A DNA stretch of 64,000 nt, taken from the NCBI GenBank assembly GCA_043228905.1, contig JBHGNT010000002.1, positions 4,464,001 to 4,528,000 of the forward strand, in the 5' to 3' direction. The stretch comes from Azolla caroliniana. Taxonomy: Eukaryota; Plantae; Polypodiophyta. The position numbers and the translations under genes are program-made. The notes beneath the pieces were generated by a model that had not been told where the DNA came from, ran no database searches, and saw only the letters and a program-made list of their open reading frames with translations. This document shows, in pieces, positions 1 to 11,851 of the stretch; the first letter of the stretch is position 1; each line of letters starts with the position of its first letter.

Positions 1-2798
1 TTGTATACCGTTGTCAGCGATAACCGAACTCCGTGTTTGGCGAAGAATCCCCTAGCTTTGTCCGAGTCGAGTTCTCCCCGGTCTGCAATCACTTGTCCTA
101 CGCACCCGTACCTGCAAAATACTTCCTCCAAAAGAAATTGGCATACCGCGGAACACGTTTTCCTCTGAAGCGCTCGACCTTCTACTTGATTCGTGAGATC
201 TTCCTGAGCTAATACCAAGTATTTCTTTTGTCCGATCCCGGTCGGCATGGCCACTATGTCAACCATCCACTTGAAGTTGATTGTCGGTGAGAATGTCGGA
301 TGTAACTCATCTCGATGTCGAACCCCGGAGTAGACTTGACATTTCTCGCAGCTTTCCGTGAACTCCGCGACATCTTTGTACATTTTCTTCCACCAATATT
401 TTTGCTTGATCTTCACAAATGTTGCCCATGTTCCTCGATGTCCAGCCCAATCGGATTCGTGAAACTCGGACATTATCCGGTCTTGTTGCTCTTTTGTCCC
501 GACTACTCAAAGTGGTATACCATCCGATCTTTTCGGCGCCCTCCATATTAATCCGTTTTCCAAGAAGAACTTTTGGACTTGCCTCTTCTTCCTTCGGATC
601 TCGGCTCTTCTTCCTTTATCGTTTGTCGAGTCCTCGGCCTCTTGTAACATCTTTCCGATCATCCAACTTTCTCCCTCATATTCTTCTTCCCGAAATTCTC
701 GGATTACGTTCACTCGGCATATGTGCTCCGACGCGAAGTAGTCTTCGAAAACTTCTTCATTATCCGATTCGGTTATGTCGTCTCCGAACCGAGCCCTTGA
801 TAACATATCCGCTACCACGTTTTCCTTCCCCGAGATGTGTCGAACCTCCGGATTAAGCGACTTGACATATGCAACCCACCTTAGCATAGCTACATCTGGT
901 ATCGTACAACACCGCATCATCCCGAGTATCGGAAGACAATCCGTCTCGATCACCACTTCGGCTCCGATCAAATAATCCCGATCCGATTTTATCGCCGACA
1001 CGACTCCCCACAGTTCTCTTTTGACTTGTGCATATCCACGTTGCCTTTCGTTGAGAACCTTTGCTCCGAATCGGATCGGATACCGCGAACCATCCGAGTC
1101 GGCTTGATTGATGACCCACCCGATACCGGTTGGACTTGTATCAACTGTTACTATGATCGGTCGGTCGTAGCTCGGCTTCTTAAGTGCTTCCGCCCTCCGA
1201 AGTGTCTTCTTCAATTTCTTCATGGCTTTGGTGTGTTCCGGTTTCCATTCGAATTTCTTACCTTTCCGCAACAAGTGGTAGAGCGGGTCCGCTATATGTG
1301 CATAGTGCGGAATCCATATGTGATAGAATGCACATGCACCGAGAAACCTTCGGACTTCGGATGTTGACTCGCATACTTCCTCCATAGCTTGAATCGCATT
1401 GATCTTTGTTGGTGACGGTCTTCGGCCATAGGGCCCACATAGATGTCCGACCACCAATATTTCTTCTTGCCCGAATGCCGATTTCTCCCCAGAAAGTGTT
1501 AGGTGCACATCTTCTAGCTTTCGCAACACTTTCTCGCAAGCATGAATATGGTCGACCACGAACTTTCGGCATCCCCGATCATCCATAGTCTCATCTTTTT
1601 CTTCGACCGCGCATCCTTTCATCGGAATGTCATCGAGGAACGGCATCATTATCTCCGGAATGCAGTCTCGAAGCACCTTGTTCATCGCGTTCATCATATG
1701 AGCAACCGAGTTTGTCGCTCCTTGTGGTAGTGTGCACATTCGGACTAATCCTATCGGTGTTCGCATGGTTGTGATGTCTCGGCTCTCCACGGCTAGTTGG
1801 AATTGGTCATACCCCGAGTATAGGTCTCCGATGGAGTATATCGCACGACCGGCAAAAGCTTCCGCAAATTCGTCCACTATCGGACCGACTCCCGAGTTCC
1901 GAATCGTGACCTTATTCACCGGTTGCAAGTCTTGGATAAATCGGAGTGACCCATTCTTCTTCGGAACCGTAAACCATCGATTTGAGTACGGAGCAGTTGA
2001 TGGCTCTAGAATCCCCATCGCCACCTTCTCCTTGAGCAAGTCAATGACTTTCGGAATATGCGCTCGTGGCACCGGAATCGGCTTCAGATTCCACGGTACA
2101 TGGTCAATCGTAAAGATCACCATCGGCTCCACTATTCTTGGATCGACGCACCCTATCTCCCTTGATGTAAATGCAAACGCTTTGCCATGTTGCTCCAACA
2201 TCTCGCGAAACCGTTCTTCTTCTTTTTGTAATAGGAACCCATCTCCACCGATCCGAAGTTTCTTCCGGGTCTCATCCGTTAAGGCATGTCCGATATCCAC
2301 GGACTTCCGAAGTGTCGGATCTCCTGAGACTTCTTTCCTCTTTTGTTCGCTATCGGCGGGTAGTGGTCCCGCGGCCGGTTTCACCTTCTTCTCCACGGTC
2401 TTGTATTTCGTACTTACCATTGCTTCTTCTTTACGGAGCGTATCCGGCTCCATTTTCGCAATGATCTCGTACATCTCGACTGATTCCACCGGGACTACCC
2501 GGTTCCCTTGGCTTTTATCTTCCGCAAGCTCTTCAAGTCGTTGTAGCGTGCTCCCATAGAACACTTCCTCGACTATCCCCATGATTTCTTCATCTTCTTT
2601 TATTATTGATGCCGACCGCAACTTATCCTCCACTTGTCGGTATCCTTTCTTCAATCTTCCGGTTACGGTCGTGTACGTAGATGCCCCATCCGGACCGATT
2701 CGTACATGTTTTGCTCCGAGAGTTTTCTTCCTGTGTGGGGTATCAGGGCTTCTCGGACTATCACTTCCCCACTCCGCAACAGTCCGCTTTAAAAATCC
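1..2798 (-). pseudogene. Pol (RT, RNase H, integrase) of element A, in the -1 frame relative to gag-PR, with one nonsense codon
   Basis: RT motifs DLYSGYDQ, LPQGATNS, FLDD; RNase H DTSPTGIG...RELWGV...ADMLSR. After TGA at 507-509 the same frame continues with integrase HHCC (HESDWAGH...CEKC) and core WMVDIV...IADRGE. Frame is open from 2798 to 2654. Confidence 0.9.
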
Positions 2799-4831
2799 AT
2801 TCTCACTTGGGACAAGAGTTCCCTCTTGTTCCTTTCGTGATTTGCCGGCACTGTTAGGAATTGGACGGATTTCCCACCGTTTTGGCTCCGAATTCGTGCA
2901 AAAGCCGCACCGCTATCGAGCACCTTCGTCTCCATCCGTGATGCCGTGATAAAGGGTTGGCCGAGGATGACGGAATGTGAAACCTCATCTTGCACGAAGA
3001 AATTTTGGTCGATCTCGACATCCCCGATCTTCACCGTCACATCCGGACAAGCCGCAAATAGATCTTCCGTTGCTTTGGTGGCCGCCCGAATCTTCCATCC
3101 ATGGTTGGTGTTAATAGGCCACTTCCCCTTCCGGTAGAACTCCTTGGACATCAAGTTGATCTCCGATCCGTGATCAATCAATGCTAGCACGGGTTCTTTG
3201 ATGTTGCCGATTCGGACCAGAGTCTCCGTAGTCGCGCGTGCCCAATGTGGCCTTGTATAGTGGGAGTTCGGAATTTCGTCCTCCGCTTCGGTGTCGTTCA
3301 TTAAAACGGTGTTCGCATTCACCCTTGGAGCATTTTCCTCCGTACTTTGTCTTTTTCGCTTCACGAGATCCACGAGAAGATCGTGGAACTCCTTCTTTGC
3401 TATTCCGAGTAGCTCCCGAAGCGAGAAATCTACCCGGCTATCCAAGATTCTTTCCTCGAACACTCTTTTCAAGTCGGTTTGTTGTTCTATGTCCGAGGCG
3501 AGCTTGAATGCCGGAGTCGCCTTTTCTTTTCCCTTACCTCCGGAGTTCCAACTTTCCGGTATCTTCGATGGCCCGGCCGCATCCTCCGTGCGTCGTCGTT
3601 TCTCATCCACATACACCTTATGCAATTGACACAGGGCGTATACGCTATTCTTGTCGACAGGGCACTCCCATCCCGTAGCTTCCCGGACGCCTTCCGCGGT
3701 GCTTCGGATCTCGTTGGAGTCGGTTTTCTCGGTGTTTTCTAGAACTTCCGGCCAAAAAGACGTCTTTGCTCTAGATGACTCCCCGACACATATTCCCGCG
3801 GTTGTCGCATAGTTGCTTCTTGCCGCCAATTCCTCCTCGAGCACCTTCTTCATGCCGCCTTTCCGGAAGTTCGGTCGAAGTGGCTTCCGAGAGTCCATCA
3901 AATGAATCCGGTTTCCCTCGTAGTAGATGAGATCCCGTCGTAGCGCCTCCTTATGCTCGTCGCAATCCCTCCGATCGTGTTCGGCGCTATCGCACCATAT
4001 GCACCGTCGTTCCGTATACTTGGAGCTTGTGGGGCGGTCATCCGACTTCTTCACCATCGCGATCTTCAGATTCTCCATCTCCTTCAATAGTTGCTCCACC
4101 GTAGATGCATCAATCCCCTTCTCGGTTGTAGTCTCTCGAGCCCTCAGTTGATGGTCTTCCAATCCGGTTCTCGGTTTCGGAATCGGTTCCGAAACCCTCT
4201 TTTCCTCGTCGGCAAGCCATTGCCCCCTCTTCGTGTATCGCGCGACGATATCCCGCACGCTTTCCCATGTTTCGGTGAGGCCGCTCTCCATGGTCGTGTC
4301 CTCCAAGAGCACTCCGAGATCTTTCCGGTCCCGGACGTCCATGGCTCGCAAGAACATGATCACCTTGTCCGGTACGAGGATAGCTTGATCTCTCGCGGAC
4401 AACCTCCCGAACCGGCTTTCGAATGCCGAAAACACATCAACGACCTTCAATCCCTTGTCCGGCGTCTCCACCCAATCTTCGAATCCCCTTCGCGTCGCCT
4501 TGGAGGAATCCTCGATGGCGAACGTCCTCTTTAGCTCTACTTCAAACGCCTCCCATGTCGGATTTTGCTGTCGTAGCCCATGGATGCTTGCTTGAAGCCC
4601 GTCGGTCGCCACCCGGTTGAAGGACGTCACTTGCAGTCCTTCTGATATTCCGCACCATAGCATCTCCGCCTTGTAGTCCCGAAGATACCGCGACACGTCT
4701 TTCCCGTTGAATTGCCCGTTTCGTTGCACGAGCCGCTCCACTGATGCCGCTATCTCCGACATCGCACGTTGTTCTTGTAGCATGCGCTCGAACATCATCA
4801 TCATGTTGCTAGCCTCCGGTTGATTTTCCAT
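2789..4831 (-). CDS. Gag plus aspartic protease of element A
   Basis: Zinc knuckle CIWCDSAEHDRRDC; protease ALIDHGSEINL...VILGQPF. First ATG at 4831; the ORF-track GTG at 4852 lies inside the PBS. Confidence 0.88.
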   Translation of the reverse strand: MENQPEASNMMMMFERMLQEQRAMSEIAASVERLVQRNGQFNGKDVSRYLRDYKAEMLWCGISEGLQVTSFNRVATDGLQASIHGLRQQNPTWEAFEVELKRTFAIEDSSKATRRGFEDWVETPDKGLKVVDVFSAFESRFGRLSARDQAILVPDKVIMFLRAMDVRDRKDLGVLLEDTTMESGLTETWESVRDIVARYTKRGQWLADEEKRVSEPIPKPRTGLEDHQLRARETTTEKGIDASTVEQLLKEMENLKIAMVKKSDDRPTSSKYTERRCIWCDSAEHDRRDCDEHKEALRRDLIYYEGNRIHLMDSRKPLRPNFRKGGMKKVLEEELAARSNYATTAGICVGESSRAKTSFWPEVLENTEKTDSNEIRSTAEGVREATGWECPVDKNSVYALCQLHKVYVDEKRRRTEDAAGPSKIPESWNSGGKGKEKATPAFKLASDIEQQTDLKRVFEERILDSRVDFSLRELLGIAKKEFHDLLVDLVKRKRQSTEENAPRVNANTVLMNDTEAEDEIPNSHYTRPHWARATTETLVRIGNIKEPVLALIDHGSEINLMSKEFYRKGKWPINTNHGWKIRAATKATEDLFAACPDVTVKIGDVEIDQNFFVQDEVSHSVILGQPFITASRMETKVLDSGAAFARIRSQNGGKSVQFLTVPANHERNKRELLSQVRMDF

Positions 4832-4847
4832 CTCCTTACCACCCGTT

Positions 4848-4865
4848 TTCACGTCGGGTTCACCA
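4848..4865 (-). promoter_or_regulatory. Primer-binding site complementary to the tRNA-Trp 3' end
   Basis: Plus strand TTCACGTCGGGTTCACCA matches the 3' end of plant cytosolic tRNA-Trp as recalled from memory; lies 4 nt from the LTR boundary. Confidence 0.85.
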
Positions 4866-4869
4866 ACTG

Positions 4870-5577
4870 TGTCGTGCCCTTCGGCTCCGGATCGTTGCGT
4901 GAGTCGGGTGGGAACCGCCGAGGTTTTGGACTAGGAGGAAGAGGAATACAACTTAAGGCTAGTTATGAATAATAGGAAGAGAAGTAAGATAGTAATCTCG
5001 TGAATCCCACGAGTTTAGTGTATTTTAAAACAATATTTAGATTATAAGAGTAATTTAGATGGCAAAATTCGTGAATCCCACGAATATATTAGATTGATCA
5101 AAAAACTTGTATATTAATCAACAACCATATATATATTTTTCTCCTCCTTATATAAAGATGGAAGAGGCTAAGCATGGCTTCATGCTTTTTCACCTAAAGT
5201 GCCCATGCACACTAAATGTGCATGTGATGTTTTGTCATTTCCTAAATATAGGGCTCGTGCACGCTAGATGTGCATGAGTCACTTTTAATGTCACGTGTAA
5301 ATAAAATATTCACACTCTAAAGAATACATGATTTTTACCTTTTAATAAAGGTATGTGTAAATAAAGGTCTTATATGTATTAAATCTATATTTATAACACT
5401 AAAGATAAGTTATTACAATGGTAAAGTTGGGGTTTATCTACGTGGAGGTGCATGGTTCGAATCTTGCCCTATGCACGTGATAAATTCTTTTGATATATTA
5501 TTTATTTATTTATATGTATCTAAATTCAGATATATTATTTTATGGTTTTCACGTAGTGTGTGGAATACACTACGACA
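4870..5577 (-). repeat. 5' LTR of element A
   Basis: Inverted termini TGTCGTG (4870) and CTACGACA (ends 5577), adjacent to the PBS. Partner LTR is outside the window. Confidence 0.7.
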
Positions 5578-6656
5578 CCGCTATGATCGTCGTAGTTGGA
5601 ATTCGATACGTAATTCGTGAACATTCCATTACGATTGTCGTAGTCGGAATTCAATGCGTAGTTCGTGAGTTGTCGGCTAGTTGAAGCCGAGTCTCGTACC
5701 TTTTTTCGGCACTCCTCTTCATAGTGGTCGTGTTTTCCATAGTACCCACATTCGATTGGGGTATTACGATTGCTTGGTCCGGCATGATGAATCCCCCTTC
5801 TGCCGAACTCTCTAGGACCGTTCCTGTCCGCTTGCCATTGGTGGGAGTTACGCTCTTGAGTCTGTCAACCATTACGGCTTTGTATGAATCGACCTCTATT
5901 TCCACCACCGAAATTTCTTCTACCATCCGACTGGGAGTAGAGCATATGACCCTCTAGTGCGTTGCTCCTTTGTCAAGCATGATTTTCCTCAACTAAAAAT
6001 ATTGATTGGAGATCGAAAAATGGAGGGTTCTCCCTTGCAAGGATGGCCGATCTAATCGAGCCAAATCGGGGTGCTAAGCCGCCGAGGCATATTTGCACCA
6101 TCTCGTCATCGTCAATTACGACATTGATCGAACCGATGGCATCACACAGCTCCTTGATCTTTAAGGTATAGCCTATGATCGACATGTCCCTCTGTTGCAT
6201 GTTGTTTAGTTCCTGTCGAAGTTGGAGTGCTTTCGTGCAGCCGTGTTGGCTGCAAAAATCTTCTTGAGGTTTCCCCAAGCTTCTTTCGGTGTTTTCGAAT
6301 CTCAAGTATAACCAAGCATATGATGATCATGAACGCATGATGCAAGGCAATACAACACACGACTTGCGGTCTGCTCCCAAGCGGGATAGTCAACGTGTGT
6401 TGGGTTGGGTTGAGTTTCGTGAGCTCCTTCAATGTAGCTCCAATAACCTTGTCCGACAAGGTATTGATGCATCTTGTATTCCCAAGATGCGAAGTTCGTT
6501 CTGTCAAGCTTCTCAATAGAAAGAGCGCTTCCCATCCGAGTGTTCATTATGTCGATTTTCCTCTGTTGATGAGCCAGTTCTATTGATCGTCTATGTGTTC
6601 CACAACACAGTTGAATAGATTCGATTAAGCAACCACACGCTCTAATACCATGTAAA

Positions 6657-6701
<45 letters not shown>

Positions 6702-6938
6702 ACGTAAGGCAAAACAAAGAGAGAGAGGGAGAGAGAGAGAGAACTTAAGACAGAGATAAAAGATTGTATATAACATTAACCAAAATACTTCCAATAGTAA
6801 CTAAGTTACAAGGGGTTGGTTTAAATACCAACTAAACTAGGGCAAGTGCCCTTTCTACTATTTACAAAACTAGCCTGGTATGACCATAAGCTAGGTGTGA
6901 AACCTATTACTATGGGAAGTTGAGTTCGACTCTCAACA
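5578..6938 (-). mobile_element. Ty1/Copia 5' part (LTR 6651-6938, iMet PBS 6639-6650, degenerate gag)
   Basis: Gag KLDRTNFASWEYKMHQYLVGQGYWSYIEG (UBN2-type). PBS TGGTATTAGAGC. LTR starts TGTTGAGAGTCGAACTCAACTTCCCA, homologous to the LTRs at 27930 and 32602, and contains (TG)n and (GA)n tracts. Confidence 0.85.
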
Positions 6939-6939
6939 A

Positions 6940-8957
6940 AATATGTGAAAGTGAGATGAAGAAAGACAACATGCGTAGAGTCAATATATATGGTAAATGT
7001 ATTGATGAAGGACGGATCACTGGTTTGTCCTATATTCTGGCCTTGGGAAATAAGGAACCACACACTAGAGAATAAGCACTCGGATGTTTGGAACAACAAA
7101 TGGATGTTCATGTAGACTCATCATATGGTACCGCAATCGGGGTGAAAATGAAAAGACAATGGAAAGATGCCTTGATTTGGAGTTCGGGCAAGGCGAATGA
7201 ACAAGGCATATGCTACATAAATGTGAAATTTAGGAAGCTTCCTAAAGTGATCACCGAATTCATGGTTATACAACCCTGAAATGCTGACACAATTGGAAGA
7301 GGAAAATCTCCAAAATAGGATATTAGCTACCATATTGGAAGCGGAAAATGCATTGGTCGGGCCTCAAAAGGTGCAGGTTATATGAATCTTAGCTTGCTAA
7401 CTTGGAATATACAAGGAATTGGTGGCACCCAATTCCAGATGACAAAGAATGTATTGGCTGTTGAAATTCAGCGTTGCACTGAGGTAGTGGTGCCTGATAT
7501 TATCTTGGTGTAGGAGCACCATCTAAATGGGCATAAGATCGATAAAATTGGGAGCATTTTCCTTGGGAATTGGACCAATACATGGTCAACAACTATAGGG
7601 GATAGGCAGATTCATCGGGGAGTACTTATAGCTATGAAAGCTAAGTTTACTGCTGACTGTACAGGCAGGGAGAGTTTAATAGAGGGTTGTGTTGTCTACA
7701 TAAGGATAAAACATAGTTGTGGGCACGTGGGCATACTGAACATATATGCCCCAAATTCAGTTGCTGAAAGACAAGAATTATGGTTGCAATTAGTGGCCAA
7801 GAAACCAGATGTTGAGTTGTGGATCATTGGAGGAGACTTTAATATGGTGGAGCATCCAAAATATAGAAGAGGCAATGCAAATGGAACAGTGTAGGGAGCG
7901 GAGAAGGATGCATGGGATAAGTTTTGTTTAGCATATAATGTGATAGATTGTTGGAATGCACCTAACTTTCAAATGCAAAAAGGAAAATCTCTTCGATACT
8001 CTAGACTAGGAGGAAGCGTGCATGGGAGGACAATATCCAAGCTCGACAGATGGTATTTCGACCCTCGACTCATGGATAGGAAAGGCAGATGCATTATTTG
8101 TTCGGGTACAATGTTCTCTAATCATGCCCTAGTTCTGTTGCACATACAAGAAAACAATCGATTCAAGCCACATAATGTGAAGGTGTGCAAGGAATTGGTC
8201 ATGGATACTAAATGGACCAATGATATACAGAAAATATGGTCTAATATCAAATGGAGGTACCTTGACCCTACTCATAGGTTGGCTGGGAAACTTCATGCAT
8301 GTGCAAGGTTTTTTCAACAAAAAGCGATTGAAATTAGAAAAGAGATAAGGGAGAAAATGCAAAGAATGCAATGGTCCCTCGCTTCTATGCAACAACTAAG
8401 AGAAGTATACCCACATAATTTATGGATTGAGGCTCGACTAGAGGAGGCCAAAAGCAAATTAGAGATGTACCAAAAACATAGGAGTACTTATGCCTATCGA
8501 AGTAAGGCGGCCAGCTAGATGAGGGTAGGAGATCGGGTTACTAAAGGATTTTTTGAAGCTGTTAAATGCAAAGGATCCGGGATTTAACCTTCATGCTTAA
8601 AAAAGACAGATGGCACAACGACCACATGCAAAGAGGAAATGCTTGAAACAGCCACAAGCTATTATACTCAACTACTAAATGTATGCAATGAGGTTGATCA
8701 GGTTGCCTTTAGAAATATAATAAATAGGATACCAAGGAAAGTTACGGCTCGGATGATGGACCGACTAAATACCCCTATAGGTATGCATGAATTGTGGGAC
8801 GCTATTGGGGATATGAACAAACAAAGTTGTGCAAGAATTGATGGACTTCCTATATACTTTTACATCAAATATTGGGATCTAATTAAGGATGACATGCTAG
8901 CAGGGATACAATACATTATGGTAGAAGGATTAATGCCCACAACAATGATGGCAACAT
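6940..8957 (+). mobile_element. Degenerate L1-type LINE fragment (end of ORF1, ORF2 endonuclease to start of RT)
   Basis: ORF2 starts MNLSLLTWNIQG at 7382; motifs LNIYAPN, WIIGGDFN, SKLDRWY, SNHA; then DGLPIYFY..YWD. Several in-frame stops. Confidence 0.85.
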
Positions 8958-9186
8958 AGAAAAAACAAGAATGCAACTAGAGAGAGAGACAATTAATCAC
9001 AACTCAAAATATATTGCAATAGCCACCTGGAACAACAACCATATAACTAGGTTACAAAGTCAGTTTATATACTGACTGACTTAGGGCAACTGCCCTTCTC
9101 ACTATTTACATAAGTAGCCTAAGCCTAGTGTGTACAAAGGAGGCGGTGTGAATACGTGCATTAGAAGCCCGTATCCAACACCCCCC
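8958..9186 (-). repeat. Orphan Copia-type 3' LTR remnant with PPT
   Basis: Similar to 6800-6880 (TAGGGCAAnTGCCCTT...CTATTTACA...TAGCCT). Ends TCCAACA followed by CCCCCC, i.e. PPT then TGTTGG on the minus strand. Confidence 0.6.
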
Positions 9187-9592
9187 ATATCATCATATGC
9201 ATGAGAGAACCTATCAAGAGAGGCAAGGAATTAAAGGGAAGGATCAAGGGAAAACAAGGTAATCAAGAAGAGAAAGTAAGAAATCAAATAATATAATCAA
9301 GCATTTGGGGAAGTGTCTTGTCTCTCGGAGTTGAAATCGAGGGTTCAAATGAAGAGTTTGTAGAGAAAGGTTTCATCTTGTTATCAAGCATTGTAAAGTT
9401 GGTAAAATCTTGTGTTCTTAATATAAATCATGTTCATATCATATACTCTTGCTTCTTAAATCATACATTCTCTCTATCTTTTATCTATACTCGTCTCTCT
9501 CTCACACATTACTTTTAATTGTTCTTCTTCTTATCCTTAATCTTTCTAACATCAATGCACAATCCTTATAAAATATATAGCCAACTTCTTTT

Positions 9593-10020
9593 TGTGCGGA
9601 ATAGCGCTTAACCACAACCGAGACTCAAACACTTTATGAAAGAACAAAACAGAAATGGAGGTTCGTACACTTACACAGAAGAGACGACGAAGGATGTTTA
9701 CGTGGAAAGCCCTAATAGGGAAAAACCACGGGAGCCTAGAGACTCTAACTATCATTATACTAGAAAGGAGGTACAACAGGAGACTTAAAGGCAACGACCT
9801 CGAGCTCTGTATCTTTGCCAACCGGTGGCTTCTCTTCTCTCTCTTTCTGTACTACTATAATATAACTAACAACCTATCAAAGTGATTTCCCTAAGTCATA
9901 TTTATACTTATATGACTGTAAAACTATTTACACTAGAAACATATTTGCAAATATGTCCCTAGATCCGGATCTCATTCGGATCCCAAACCGGAGGAACCGA
10001 ATTCCTAACAAACTCCCCCT
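9593..10020 (-). repeat. Orphan 3' LTR with PPT
   Basis: Termini TGTGCGGA...CCTAACA (10010) followed by AACTCCCCCT (PPT AGGGGGAG on the minus strand). Confidence 0.55.
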
Positions 10021-10247
10021 TCACTCCAGCATGGGATTTTTCGTTAGTGTATTTTGGAAACACCATTACATTTATATATGGTATATTGAAATGAAATGTA
10101 TATGGTAATATCATTTTTGTATTTTGGAATCGTTTCATGATATGGTATTTCAAATCATTATTTGTATATGGTATTTAAAATTGGGAGGTCCATAACATGG
10201 CGAGTAGGTTAAAAATCAAGAGTGCCATGTAAGAGGTTGATTGGTCT

Positions 10248-11450
10248 TTGATGATGCAAGATGCATATGCATTCCGAGATCTTGGGAAGGTGGCTCATGC
10301 CCAACCCTACTTGCCTGGTGAATGTGGATCTCCATCCAGGCAACCATTTTTCTTGGTGCATAAAGATCAATGGACATTAGAAATGCGTGAGCGATTGACA
10401 CTAAACAACTCTTGGGCAATCGGCTCCACATTTAAAAGAAACCAATTTAGGCCGCCATTATATGTACTTGTTGTCCCAAATCCATGAGAATTGGGATCTC
10501 GTTATGGTACATGATTTGTAGTTCTTATAAGGGGTCAAAACATGAGCAAGTCGCGTTAGAAAACTTGCTTGAGAGTCATATTCGCAAGGATGCCCAAGGT
10601 CAGGCCAAATGCGATAGTGATCGGGAAATGTTGGACACCATATAATGCCATAAGTAATGTGGTTGCGGCAAACCGTCAATCTTGGATTGTTGCAAATGGG
10701 CAATGGTTGCAAACAGATTGTCGAATTTTGTTGTGTCAGTTCCACGCCAAAAAATCATGGGTAGATAACTTGTTGCCAAATGTAAGTGTGAATGAGAGAA
10801 ACCCTCTTTATCAACGGATGTGCCAACTTATGCAATGCATTATGGAATCTACATTCAATGCGATGTGTGAGGAGTTAACGGTAGAATGTGCGGAGAAGCC
10901 CGGTATTTGGCAATATATAGGAGGATAGAGTGGCTTGAAATGTGTGTGGAGGAAACTCTAGCCCAAGTTTGGTAGAATGTTCATCTGCGGACATGTTGAC
11001 ACTACCGATATTGTGGAAAGACAATGGTAGTTTATCAAGTATACTGACTTGAGAGGAAGAATAAACCGATCAATTACCGATCTTGTGCATGTCTTAATTG
11101 GGGACAGTGAAACTAGCACTTGCATCAGAGGGACCATCGTAGAATGGTACAAGCAACGTCAAGAAATATGTGAGTAATGTATATTTGCACCCCGTGCAAA
11201 TTGTAGGGATCAAAGGTCAAGAATTAAAGAGGCTGACAGGATACTCGAAAGGTATGTCATTGATACTTCAACAATGTATATTGTGGATGAGGCCCCATAT
11301 TGGTTTAGAATATTGAGCTTGACGACTCCCACTCTATGATGTAATGTCTCAGTCATATTGTGATTGCAAGTCCTTGCGAGCAAATATAAGAATTTACTCA
11401 GAATCCATATGATTATTAAGAGGCATATGCCACACCCATGTGGGTCATTG
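10248..11450 (+). pseudogene. Decayed Mutator/MULE transposase
   Basis: Fragments WAIGSTFKRNQFRPPLY (resembles DSTF.TN.Y.LPL), IVIGK, ILLCQFHAKKSW (CxxH), DTTDIVERQW and a CDC SWIM-like remnant; frameshifts and stops. Confidence 0.7.
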
Positions 11451-11851
11451 CCTTTTATAGATCATGTCACCCAAATGCAAATGGAACGTATCACATAAAT
11501 AGAAATGGAGACAAAGGTAGAACCAGTCGGGGAGACAAACCCTATCGCATTAGAGAAGATATCATGGAAGTCCCAAAATACAAACGACCACGGAAGCCAT
11601 TAAACATCTCAAGCAAAGGTTAGGATCCTCAACCGAGCAACTATTTTGAAATGTATACAAACATTGGAAGATCTCACTAACATGGTCTATCACTCTAGTG
11701 CACCAAAATCAACCAATGAAGGAGATGGCGGATCCATAAGTCGAAAGCAACAAATTGGTGCGAAAAGAGGAGCAATGTTCAACATCTCGCAAGAACTTAT
11801 TGGCAACTCCCCAAACACTTCCAAATCCCACACTGGAGAACTACTCAGAGG

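Larger units (their letters stand above)
1..5577 (-). mobile_element. Ty3/Gypsy LTR retrotransposon A (runs off the window start), inserted into a Copia remnant
   Basis: 5' LTR, tRNA-Trp PBS, gag-PR ORF, then RT-RNaseH-INT in Gypsy domain order. Sequence from 5578 onward is Copia gag-region sequence. Confidence 0.93.

Noticed and set aside
1732-2559. 275-aa plus-strand ORF, and similar antisense ORFs at 49984-50748 and 62546-63121
   Set aside because: Shadows of GC-rich retroelement coding sequence on the opposite strand; no recognisable motifs.
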